Below, one piece after another: positions 50,379 to 62,526 of a stretch of 64,000 nt of DNA. The notes beneath the pieces were generated by a model. That model saw nothing but the letters and a program-made list of their open reading frames with translations. It was not told where the DNA came from and ran no database searches. The stretch is from Podarcis erhardii. Its lineage: Eukaryota. Position numbers and translations under genes: made by a program. Position 1 is the first letter of the stretch, and every line of letters begins with the position of its first letter. The stretch is taken from assembly GCA_964252035.1 (NCBI GenBank), contig OZ176205.1; one strand, 5' to 3'.

Positions 50379-53300
50379 AATGGTGATAACGTGCTGTAAA
50401 GGAAATGGGAGAAGCAAGCAACCAAATGCCAGCATCTTCTCTGTGAAATGCCTGGTCCACAGGGTGTTCCACGCTCACTGCTGCCTGGGATGGAGGTTAG
50501 TCTGACAAAGGTACACAAGAGCAATGCAGAATGGTATCATCATGATGCAGGAGAGAGATGTGCCTCTGTTATCAAGCGGCAGCAATTCTATCAGGCTACA
50601 TCAGAGGGGAAGATGGGACCACAGGGCTTCTCCATCCGCTCAGCTGAGAGTGCAGCCTTTGGCTTCTCCCGTCCTTGAATTCTTTCCATCCCAACTGGTC
50701 ACTACAAGAACTCTGTAACAAATAATTACTGCCCGAGTTTCCTTTGTCCCTCTTCCCTCCCTCACCTATTTTCCCTTTGTGTCCTGACTTTTAGATTGTA
50801 AGCCTAAGGGGAGGGACTATCTTATTGATATTTGTAAAACACTCTGAAAGCCTCTTTTTTCTTTTTGGGAAGAGCAGAGTAAATCGGCTGTCTCTGGAAT
50901 GACTTCCCCTTAGAGATGCATCTAGCACTGACTTGGTTGGTTCATGAAGACATGCCTCTTTGCTCCAGTTTTTGGGTGGGGGTGATAACTGTAATGAGCC
51001 GCTCAGTCTGAAGCTGCTGCTGGTTGATCTGGTGTCATTTGAAGATGTTTAATGATGTTTTCATTGCTATGTGACTGTTTTATTGACTTGCTGCTGTTTC
51101 GTTGTTGTATTCCCTTGTTGCATTCCCACTTTTGGACCAGTTGGGGAAAGGTGGGCTACAAATATAATGTATAAATAACAAATACTAAGAACTCCAGCAG
51201 AACCTGGAAATTATATAAGCAGGAAGTAAGGCATGAACGGTCTCCCATGGTCACCTGACATCCTGTTTCAAGAGGCATCTCTTGCCCAGTTATGTATCCT
51301 AAATGGCTAGAGACACCCACAATGTCCTCCTTTGTCCAGCTGTTCTGGTGGTGTCCTGTGGCCAGGCTAGGGTGGAAGCCCAAGCAGTGGTTCAGCCAGG
51401 AGCTCAGGCCCAAGCAGAAAGCCCAACCATCTAAAACCAGAAGCAGATTCTGTTGCCAAGTTTTTCTACAGATGCATTCTAAAGGCTGGCCGTTAACTCT
51501 GCCTTCTGCACAATAAGTATCAAATATTTAAGATCTCCCTCCGGTCTGGATCCTAGATATATTCTAGAATATCAATCTGGCAGAAACTTTTCTGGGTGTA
51601 GGGAGCAAGCGGTACTTGTATGAGATGGACACTTTGGGGGACCTGAGGTTTTAGAAGTGGCTGGTTGTGACATTTTGTACAAAGTCACACCCGTTGCAAA
51701 AACAGGGTCTCTCGTACAAGGAACAAAGTCAAAATGCCAAAAATGGAGTGGAAGGAAAAGGCAGCACAACATGCTCACATCAGGGGTTGCAGACACATCT
51801 GTTACACATTCCTATTCAATTATGCAGGATTCTTTGTCCTGCATTAATTTGTTTGGTGAATTATCCCCTGAATATTTCAGCTCATAGAGTCTAAAGACGA
51901 GGCAGGTGATTAATAAAACATGGCGGCATATATATCCCTTGAGCTCTTTGGAGCAACAGATGCAGCGTGTGACCAGTCCCATCAGTCCTTGGCCTGACCT
52001 GGTGCATAGCCCAGAACTGGATTTTAATCATTCATGATCTGCTAACACCAGCAAGCCTGTGGAGCTGATCCTGTCTCTGGAGGAAGGGGGTGTGATGCCA
52101 ATGGACCTTTGCTGGGATAATGCATCATTCAGCACAGAATGCTGAGCTCAGTCGCAACAAAAGCTAGGTCAGGAGACAAGAGAGGTGTGCGTATAGCAGG
52201 ATGAAGTGCAGAGAACAGACTGTTCAAGGAGCATCTCCAACTCTAGAGCTAAGCCCAGTGTGGGGCTGGAAAGCTTCCAGAATGGGCTGCATCTTAGGCT
52301 CCACCAGCACTATTCATTTAAAGCAGCGTCATACCACTTTAGGGGAAGCAGCCATGGCTTCCCCCAAAGAATCCTGGGCCGTGTGGTTTGTTAAGGGTGC
52401 TGAGAGTTGTTAGGATACTCTTATTCACCTCCCAGAAAGACAGTTCCCACAGTTCACCCTCAAAGAGGGACAGACCTTCCAAATGTCTCTATTTTCCAGG
52501 GATGTCCCTGATTTAAAGAAAACATCCCAGTTTCTCGTTTGATCTTGCAATGTCCCACTTTTCCTTAGGATGTCCCTATTTTCACTGGAGAAATGTTGGA
52601 AAGTATGGAGGGATTGACTGTTAAGCCACTCTGGGAACCGTAGTTCTAGGACTGGCCCACTCATTAGCTTCGGTGAGATAGTCACCTCAGGCAGCAGGCT
52701 GGGGACAGGTGGGAGGGGTGGCAGATCTAGACCCCCAAGCAGCAGATCACTTTCCACCTTGTACACTTGTCACTTGCAGCCACCATCTGCTAATCCCTGG
52801 CTTCCAATTTTCTCCCCTGCTTATCTTTAGCGTGTCAGGGCTTCCCCGAAGTGCCTCCAGTCGCCTCAGTTGGTGAATGAGGTGGTGGGAAAACACCATT
52901 TTCTGTTTTGCCTCAAGTGGTAAAATGTCTTGGACTAGCTCTGTGTAGCTCTGTGAGGGGAGTCTCCTGAGAACTCTGAGCACCCTTAACAAATGACACT
53001 GGCCAGGATTCTTGTGGGGAAGCCATGACTGTTTAGCGACATGATATTGCTTCAAATGTAGACAGGAGTCCTCATTCTTTGAGGGATAACCAAATTGACC
53101 AACTATGCGTCTAGAAGTTAGGACCTCTCTTCTTTCACACACACACACACACACACCAAGCTGTGTTTTGGAACCACTCTCCCTGTAGTTTTAGAACACT
53201 TTCGGCTTACAGCAAGAAACAAATCGAGGAGGGCTGAGGAGTTCCACAGCCCGGGTGGCTCCATCGACTCTTCCGTGTGCTCTCACAAGCCACATCTCTG

Positions 53301-54880
53301 ATGGAGATCATATATGCAGGAGGACCACTCCAGTTACACCAATCAAAAGTAGGCAACATTAGGCTAGAAGAACCATTATAAAGCCAACTTCGTAGGCCTT
53401 TCTGTGAACAGGAAGATTAAGTGAAAGGAAAATTCCAGCGGCTAAGCAAGTGGAAAACATGGCATGCTGCCGCCAAATCTGGGCCACTGCCTGAGAAGCT
53501 GAGGCCCTGAACAAACAGCTCCCAAACACCGGTGATATCCAGCCCAAATGCTAAACAGCTTTGATCTTTTACCAATCCTTTCTAAATCTTGAGCTGTGTC
53601 TTGTAAATCTTTAATTACAAGAAAATTGCAACCCTAACAGTGAACACACAAACTGTGTTGCTAAATATTTAAAATTGCTACAGCGACAGATCTGAAGGGA
53701 TTAGGAAAAGATATATTGGAGTGACAGTTATTAAACACTAAATCCCAGTAAATGTTACAGAGCAGATAAATAATGCAGGCCCCTGACAGCCATTCCGACG
53801 CTGACAGACCAGGAGAGACATCTGCTCTGGGGGGTGATTGGGGGAGGGGGCTGCAGGGCTGCTTGATGACTGACACCTCCAGAAGCACAGGTTTGTGTTT
53901 GCTGGGAAGGAGGGAGGGAGGGATGAGGTTTGGCGGAATAAAAAGGAAAGGAAAATGGCAGGCTCTGGAGCAAAGTGCAACTGGGTAAACGGTAACATTT
54001 TACAGACTCAAAATGAGTGCTGAAATACTTGAGCACCCTGCCTCTTTAACTGTGTGAGTGCAGGTGGGGAGAAGGGAGAAGAGAGGAGCAGTAGGCATTT
54101 CAGTCGTGAAAACCAACTTCAGAATTCTCATTGGTCCAGAACCAATGCTGGAACCAATGGAGCTGCATTACCCCAGGTCAACTTTGTTCACCTAGGCCAC
54201 TATTGTGTACTGCAAGTGTGGGAAACCTTTGGCCCTCCAGATGTTGCTGAACCGCAACTCCCACTATTCCTGGTCATTGACCATGCCCCAGCAAGCACTG
54301 ACCATGCCCACACCTAGACTACTGTGGCTGACAGCTGCTCTCCACAGCCTGCAATAGAGGACTTCCATGTCACCTGCAGCAACCCCACCAGAGACCATCT
54401 TCCTGCAAAGCATGCACTCTCCCACTGATGCATAGCCCCTCCCCATTCAGATATAATTAATAAGTTGCATCCTGCACATTAAAAATATTGCAAATTTTAA
54501 AAACAACAGTTGCAATCTTACTCATTATTATTAATTATATTTCTTATCTCCCACCCTTCTTCTCATGAGAGCCCGAGAGGGCTAACTACAAATGCAGAAC
54601 ATTAAAATCAAAGTAAAAGCACAGTAGGCAAGTCAACATTAAATTATACACATGCAAATGATGTCACTCTCATGATGCTCCAAAGGGTTTTTGAAAGCCT
54701 CGGAAGCTCATTAGCAGAGATCACTTTGGGTATATCAACACTGTGTGTGTGGTTGTGTGTACATTCCGCCACTTTAATTATTACATTCCCCCCCCCAAAA
54801 AAAAAAAAAAATCTGAAAATTGTAGTTTGGCCATGTTGAGAGATCTCTTTAAAAAGTCTGTAACTCCTACCTTACCATTT

Positions 54881-54887
54881 ACACACA

Positions 54888-54928
<41 letters not shown>
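54881..54928 (+). repeat. (AC)n(TC)n compound microsatellite
   Basis: Read directly. Confidence 0.95.
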
Positions 54929-54930
<2 letters not shown>

Positions 54931-55080
54931 GCCCATACTGGTCCTTTCTGCTTGAGTGAGGATTGTTCCCATTGCTGGCAAATTACAACAAATGACCACT
55001 TATCACAGCAGTGCATAAACACCATGGCAATTGTCACTTAACAAATGGATGGTCCTCTGAAAACATTTAAAATACCCTTA

Positions 55081-55145
55081 GGCCTTTTGGCTAAGATCAA
55101 GTGTAGTATCTGTTCCTATCAGTTTAATATCTGATATGTCCACTA
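55081..55145 (+). pseudogene. U2 snRNA pseudogene fragment (about nt 11-75, 3'-truncated)
   Basis: ggccttttggctaagatcaagtgtagtatctgttcctatcagtttaatatctgatatgtc matches vertebrate U2 nt 11-70 (from memory) with 2 mismatches, including the branch-point recognition GTAGTA. No Sm site, 3' half or recognisable PSE. Confidence 0.9.
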
Positions 55146-55146
55146 A

Positions 55147-55506
55147 GGGACGCGGGTGGCGCTGTGGGTAAAAGCCTCAGCGCCTAGGGCTTGCTGATTG
55201 AAAGGTTGGTGGTTTGAATCCTAGCGGCGGGGTGCGCTCCCGTTGCTCAGTCCCAGCGCCTGACAACCTAGCAGTTCGAAAGCACCCCCGGGTGCAAGTA
55301 GATAAATAGGGACCGCTTACTGGCGGGAAGGTAAATGGCGTTTCCGTGTGCTGCGCTGGCTCGCCAGATGCAGCTTTGTCACGCTGGCCACGTGACCCGG
55401 AAGTGTCTCCGGACAGCGCTGGCCCCCGGCCTCTTGAGTGAGATGGGCACACAACCCTAGAGTCTGTCAAGACTGGCCTGTATGGGCAGGGGTACCTTTA
55501 CCTTTA
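55147..55506 (+). mobile_element. Sauria SINE, full length (different subfamily from 15880)
   Basis: gggacgcgggtggcgctgtgggtaaa head and ggtacctttaccttt tail. Confidence 0.9.
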
Positions 55507-55976
55507 TATATTTCAAGACTCACCCTATTTTACGTGACTGCATGTTGTTGTTTTTATAATTGTAAGTTTTAAAAATTGTTTCTAAGTATTTTAGTGTTTC
55601 TAACATTGTATTGTTGTAACCCACCCTGGGATCTTAGGGTGAAGGGCAGTTAAATAGTGCCGTTATTGTTACTCAATCATCTGACTTTGTCTGGTGGCCC
55701 TAAATGAAATTTCAGAGAATTATACCAAGAGAGAGTGCAATCAAACCATGGTTTCTTGAAAGTACATTTGATTCTAAAGGACATATCAAACCTCTAATGC
55801 ATGCGTTTTACTTCAGACAACAGTATGGGGATGGAGAAATGGTGCCCCTCCAGATTCTGTTGGACTCCCAGCTCCCATCATCTTTGAACATTTGCCTTGT
55901 TTGAGCCCAACAACACCTGAAATATCATGTATTCCCAATCCCTAATATTACAAAAAAAGAGAGGTAGCTATTACAG

Positions 55977-56125
55977 CAGGGGTGGGGAACCTCCAGCCCA
56001 TAGGTCTAACCTGACATCATAGAGATATCAGGCAACTGAAAGATGGACAGCCCTGTCATATTTGGCCTAACATGGTTCAAAGAGATAAGAAATTGGCCCA
56101 CCTTCCAGAAAAGGTTCCCACCCTG
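55977..56125. mobile_element. hAT-type MITE remnant
   Basis: TIR caggggtggggaacct/aggttcccaccctg. Confidence 0.55.
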
Positions 56126-57139
56126 CATTAGATTGTATATCCGATTTACAATATGGATGGTGGCAAGTCTCAGGGTTACCTATCAGCGGATTTCCTCTCT
56201 CCTGAACAGAGTTTATTTTCTTTCCTGAGGTAACACCAAAATTTAATATGCTACACAATGACTTAAGAGGCAATTTTCAGAGCAAGGAGCAATAAGGTAT
56301 TTTCTCTCTACAGCTATGCCTGGCAACTACAGAGTCATCTTCCGACTGAAATCCGCCATGCTAAATCTGTTAACGTTTTAAAAATGGCAAATACAAAGTT
56401 GTGTGGGGGGTTTTTAAGGAAAGTTAGATGTTTCTCATTACTGGTCTTTAAACGACGAGAAGCCTTGGGAGTCTTTGTGAAGTAGTCAACGGAGCTGTTA
56501 CTGCGCTTCTGCCAAAGTTGGCATCAAGGGATGACAAAACATGTCAGGTTTAGAAGACTTTCCTTGTTGAAACTTAAAGACAAAATTAAATCAAATCCTC
56601 AGGAGCCTCTACCAGCAATCCCTGTATAACAGGACTCTTGTTTAAGGAGTGTGCTGTTCAATGGAATGTTAATTTAACCTCCTCCCCCAAATATCTAGTT
56701 ATTAAACCCAGATTTGTGGATTGTAGCTAAGGTGTTGACTGGAGGAGAAGGTGGAGGCGGCAGACCACAGGAACAGAGTGCAGGTTAGCAGTCGTTAGAA
56801 ATATTTGGATTCAAATTAGTAGCTCAGTTTGAAGTCTTTTTCCTTTCTCCAAAAAATGTTTTGCTTAAAACAAAAAGCATACACTTATGTGATTGTTCAA
56901 CAAATATTGAACTATTCCAAAGCAAAATCATGAAATATATATGAGTGGACAATAAATGTTGCAAGAACAATTCAGAAAAAGGAGAGATATTGAACGAGCA
57001 ATCGCAAAGAAACTCTGTAGAAAATGGTACAGAATGTTGCAACCTACCAATAAGAGACCTTGTTGCATATTTTCCAAGTTGTTCTTCCGCCTGCCCTGTG
57101 GAACGCCCTCCCATCAGATGTCAGGGAAATAAACAACTA

Positions 57140-57240
57140 CAGTGGTACCTCGGGTTAAGAACTTAATTTGTTCTGGAGGTCCGTTCTTAACCTGAAACTG
57201 TTCTTAACCTGAGGTACCACTTTAGCTAACGGGGCCTCCT
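57140..57240. mobile_element. Tc1/mariner-type MITE, left half only
   Basis: TA-cagtggtacctcgggttaagaacttaat.. truncated after ggggcctcc. Confidence 0.8.
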
Positions 57241-58989
57241 GATGTTTTATTCTGTTTTTAATCTGTTGGGAGCCACCCAGAGTGGCTGGGGAAACCCAGC
57301 TGGACGGCCGGGGCATAAATAATAATTTGTTGCTGTTGTTATTGCTATTGTTATAAGGACTGTGTTATTGTTATAAGGACTGTGGCAACAATCTGGCCAA
57401 ATTCTGAACTGAATCAGACTGATTCAAGGTGGCACCAGATTGGATCAAAGCAACTCCAGATCATGTTGAGTCCACCCAAAGCAAACTGTAAGAAAACCGC
57501 TCTGTCAGAAAGCCAGACAGCCTGTTTCTGAAGTGTTGTGATTATTATATAGACAATACCGGGTTGTGAGAGTGTCAGCAGAATTCACTCATTGGCCATT
57601 CTAACTTCCAATCCAAGTCTAACACCTTACCCAGCCCCCAGAAAAAATCTGACTTTAAAAGGTGGCTACCACAGAAGTCCACTGAGCAACAGATCTGAAA
57701 TGTGGCATGTTTAACCCCCTCTTGAAGTGCTACTATGTCTCCAATTTTCATATACCTATTGTGAAAAAACAAAAAAGTTGTGGCTGTTATGGTTTCTTGA
57801 TAGAAATGAATGGGAGAGCCAATGTTTCGGATTTCCAGATTTTAATTCAGATCTGTGGGTCTGGATTGATCTGGGCCCCAATCCAAATCACAGAAATCAA
57901 ATCAGAGGTGGCCTTGCACAACTCTAATGCTAACAGTGTGGAATGCAAGTAAGCTTAGGTTCTTGTACATGTCTTGTCTCAGCCAGGGGAGCCCTCATTA
58001 TAGGAAGGCTGGAAGGATCTGGCCTTAACCAAGCCCTAGATCTGGCTCCATCTGAGGGTGAGGAACCAGGATCTTGCAACAACAAGGGGCCACCCACACC
58101 CAGATGAGTTCAGCCTCTAATTTCAGGCCCAACATGTGCCAAGTCCGAGGGTGGCAGCTTAAATACTAGGCAGAAACCAAGTCCATCAAGAGAAGTGCCT
58201 GACTGCAGGCAAGAACTCCAGGGGTAGAGGTCTCCTTGAGAGTAAATGTGGTTCCCACAACTCCAGCTCAAAAACCCTTGTGCTGGGCTGGAAGAGCTGC
58301 CTGAACAACATCTATGTACTAGTTTTGTGCCCTACCTGCTGTTGCATCACCTGCCTATGCAAACCTGACCACAGACTACTCTGACCTTGCCTCTTGCCTG
58401 AGCCTTATGGTGAACTCCGCTAGCTTGGACCCTGACCTTTGATTGGCCCTGGAAACCACTTTAGTTGCTGCTCTTTTTGTTTTGCCACTGGCAAGTTCCC
58501 TGTTTGCTTAGGAGCCAGATGAGAGTAGCTCTGATATTACTTTGGCCATGATCACATACTAGGAATAACCAACCAGAACAACCTTATAAACCCGTCATTC
58601 TATTCTGTTTTAATAATTTCTTAACTGCCTTTCAGGACACATTGCCCTCACGAGGCAGCATACCAAAATACATTTAAAAACACATAAAACATCAGAAATA
58701 CAATCCGCACAACAAATTACTGTTCACAACCGTCAATTAAAACCAGCAGCAGTTAAACACTTTCAAGCGCAGCATTTCAAAGGTAACAAAATAAAGAAAT
58801 GTTTTTTGTTTAATTGACTTCAAATTCTCACCAATAAAATTAGTTCCAAACAACAAACAATAATTTTAAAAAGCTAAACACAGTAGCAGCTGCAACAAAC
58901 AAACTGGTTATTAAAAACCTGAGTTCTTAAATGAAATGATTTATTTACCTGGCAGCTGAAAGACAACAAAGGCGGCACCAGGTACCGTA

Positions 58990-59160
58990 CATAGGAAGAT
59001 GAGCAAGTTGCTTTCTACCCAACCAGACTATTGGTGCTTCTAGCTCAGCATTATTCACAATGACTGGCAGTGGCTCTGCCAACCCTACCAAGAGATACCC
59101 AAGATTGAACCGGAGACATTTCAAATACACAGTACAGGCTCTGTCACTGAGCTAGACCCC
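58990..59160 (-). mobile_element. tRNA-derived squamate SINE (Squam3-like), degraded
   Basis: Reverse complement of the 32237 family (cataggaag..tagctcagcatt..gattgaacc..cactgagcta). Weaker copies near 40085-40262 and 41110-41240. Confidence 0.6.
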
Positions 59161-59819
59161 TTTCCGCCAGAGGTGTCTTTGGGGAGCATGTTCCACAACT
59201 GAGGCACCATCACCAAAAAGGCCCTGCCTCTGGTAAGTATCCACTTACAATCTGAAGGCATGTATACCCAGAGCAAAGCTGTAGGAAAGGAGAGCCAGGA
59301 ACTCAGAGCTGAACCACAGCCAAGGAACTGAGCCAGGAGTCAAAGTCACATAACACATCAGGAAATGCTCAACCAAAACAAGAAGTCTTTTATAGCCCTT
59401 CCTATTTAGCAGGGCTTGGGCAGGGGCAGGAGGATCAAACCAGAGCCTGAGAATACTTCACTGTTCCAACTACAGTTCTGTGGTTCACCATATGGGGCAG
59501 CCACACAGAGTTGAGAGCTCTTGGCCCCTTCCTGGCAATGGTGTCTGATCATAAGATGTGAACAGTTTCATATAGGAACTAGTGGTCTTTCAGTAGCCCT
59601 GGTCCCAAAGCATACAGAACTTTACAGGTTAAAAGTCATCACATTGATTGTGCCTAGGTGGAAAAAACCCTTCTAGGTATTGACGATCTTGGAATACCGG
59701 TGAGATGGGTTCCAACCGGAAAATACTGTTCAGCAATATACATGCTATATTTTGAACCAGTTGAATTTCCTACACAATTTCCAGCTGCAAGTCTCTGTAC
59801 AATGTTTTACAATACTGTA

Positions 59820-60039
59820 CAGTGGTACCTCTGGTTATGTACTTAATTCGTTCCGGAGGTCCATTCTTAACCTGAAACTGTTCTTAACCTGAAGCACCAC
59901 TTTAGCTAATGTGGTGCTGCGTGATTTCTGTTCTCATCCTGAAGCAAAGTTCTTAACCCAAGATACTATTTCTGGGTTAGTGGAGTCTGTAACCTGAAGT
60001 GTATGTAACCTGAAGCATATGTAACCCGAGGTGCCACTG
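59820..60039. mobile_element. Tc1/mariner-type MITE, same family as 36098
   Basis: TA-cagtggtacctc..gaggtgccactg-TA. Confidence 0.88.
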
Positions 60040-60106
60040 TAACTGAATCTGGATGTTACCACAGCATGAAGAACTTTAGCCAGGAGCTTGCAACACACCC
60101 GCTAAG

Positions 60107-60817
60107 TGTCATAAACTGGCAGGACAATGGGGAGGAGGAAGAGGATCCCAGCAAGAGTTGTAATCGGGACTGGGACACACCAGGGCAAGCAGAAGATGGG
60201 GAAGGAAGTACTCACAAGGTGGCAGAGGATGGTGAGTGGATGGAGGTCAATGCACAGGAACCAGAGCAGCAGGACCCATCACCAGAGTCAGAGGGACCCC
60301 TGTCCCCACAAACACAGTGGGCTCTGGGGTGTAGAGAGCAGCAGGAGTAGAGCTCTAGGAGACTGAGGCAGGCAAGGGCCCACGGCCCAGGTCTCTAGCT
60401 GGCCAGGTGAGGCTCACTAGCTCCGGGAGGAGGGATATGATTCCTCAGCTGGAGTAGGCTTGGAACAGGTGAGGGTCACGTGCCTCATCAAGCCCAGATG
60501 CTGCAATCAGCATGCAAAAGGGAAGCAGAGCTGAGGTGCTGTGTCTGCTCAAGAGCCTATGTTGATGTACCTTAGCTTGGATGTGCCTGGACCTCTAAGG
60601 GGCTGTGCTTGAATCTTGAAGCCTGGACCTCTAAGGGGCTGTGCTTCAAGATTCACTCTGGACTGTACCCTGACTGTTGGATTTCAGACTTGGCTACTTG
60701 GATTGACCTCTGGGCTGTGTTTCCTGACCTTTGGACTTTGTGTGGATGGACCCCCAGACTTTGAACTGTGGACTTCACATACTGACTTGGTGCCAGGTAA
60801 GCCAGAGGTTCAGGACA
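60107..60817. mobile_element. Solo LTR (Gypsy/BEL/ERV class unresolved)
   Basis: Begins TGT and ends ACA, with a perfect 5-bp TSD ctaag at 60102-60106 and 60818-60822. Length 711 bp. Confidence 0.8.
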
Positions 60818-62176
60818 CTAAGTTGGTAAAAGGATGTTTCAATGTATGTCACCTGAGCATCCAGAAAGGACCACTCTCCAAATGCCAACCTTGGTCCTTA
60901 GGAGAAATGCAACCCTTTTAGAACACATTGAGCACATTCTTCCAGGTTACTGGAACCACCTATCATCTCATCACCTCAAATGCCTGCATTTATGATAGCA
61001 ACTTCCAAACTAGGTACTGCAATATCATTAAGCCCCAAGATATGCCTCGCTCACAGGTTTACAATGTACAAGCGACATGGGGGAAACCTGCGGAAAAGGA
61101 AAACGTGGAGTGCTTCAAGCAGAACTTCTGGCTGCGCTTTCAGGTAGGAATGTGTTTCAGTCAATAGAGTTCTACAAATTCCACGCTGGCATATTGGCCT
61201 TTGGAATGGAGTCCAACACGCTTCCTCTGTGCCTCACTGGACTCCCACGGAAGCTCTCCGTCAGCTTCCTTCAGCAGAGTTCGACACAGCAGCAGAAGCC
61301 TGTTGCAATGCGTGTGTGTGTAATAAATCAGGCGTTCTTGCTTATCTTTAACAGTCTTTAATCGTGTAGAAAACGTCATAAATCAACCCGGCGAGAGAGC
61401 GCACATCATGCTGCCTCGCCACACAAGCGAAGAAGAAAAAAAAAACAGACAGAGAAAACACTCCCCTCTGGAACAAAACGCCACGCCTCAGAATGGGAGA
61501 CGTCACTCAGAACTGTTTAACCCTGTAAGTTCTGATTCTCCTACTCTGTTCTATTGATAAATCAACTTGACTTGAAGCATCCAACTAGCTAAGGGGCACT
61601 GGTGCTGGAGCAGAAAGTCAGTTTGAGGGGAAGGACAGTATCGATGTAAGATCAATAATGCATTGGCACATTCTGCTTTCCCAACAGCTTATTGCTCCCA
61701 TGGCTGATTCTGAATCAAATGAAAAGAATGCCACTCTCTGAAAACACAGGTCTTGTGCCTCAGCTTCATTCTGCTTGAATTTGGGCACAAAACATCTTGT
61801 GAAATTACTATAAAGGTGAGTGCATAATTGCTGCACACACTTTTTTCCTTGTCTATCAGCAGGATTTCCTGTGTTAGATTTCTTTCCGCCTTGACCACCT
61901 TTCATTTAAAGTTAACTAGAGTTTTCTTACAGAATTCCCAGCCAACATTAAATATTCATTCATCCACTAAAGGCAAGTAGCAAAATAAGTTAATTATTCC
62001 AATCAGCCTGGCCTGCAGCCATGTGGACAGAGATGCAATAAGCAAAAATTAGTCCAGTTTCTCCCTTAATAAAAATAACAATTCCCCTCACCCTAAAAAT
62101 TATGATTTAAATATGCCCATTATAAACACGAGGATAGAGATATCCACAAACGGGCTGGAGGGTTGGTGTGTGCATG

Positions 62177-62526
62177 CATAGAATCACAGAATTATACAGC
62201 TGGAACATAGCTGTCAACATTTCTCTTTTTTTTAAGGGAAATTCCCTTATTCTGAATAGGATTCCTCGCAAGAAAAGGGAAAAGTTGACGGCTATGAGCA
62301 GGAAGTGACTCTGAAGGTCATCTGGCCCAACCCTGTGAAAAGCAGGAATCTCAGCTAAAGCACCCATGACAGATAGCCATCCAACCTCTGCTTTAAAACC
62401 TTCAGTGAAGGAGAGTCCACAACACCTCTTACTGTCAGGTGTTCTTCCTGATGGTTAGCTGGAATCTCCTTTCTTGTAACTTGAAGCCATTGGTTTGGGT
62501 CCTACCCTCTAGAGCAGGAGAAAACA
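62177..62526 (-). mobile_element. CR1 LINE 3' fragment
   Basis: catagaatcacagaatt..gacagatagccatccaacctctgctttaaaacc..gaaggagagtccac..tcctttcttgtaacttgaagccattgg. Confidence 0.7.

Noticed and set aside
60066-60350. Acidic 94-aa ORF
   Set aside because: It lies within the GA-rich part of the solo LTR.
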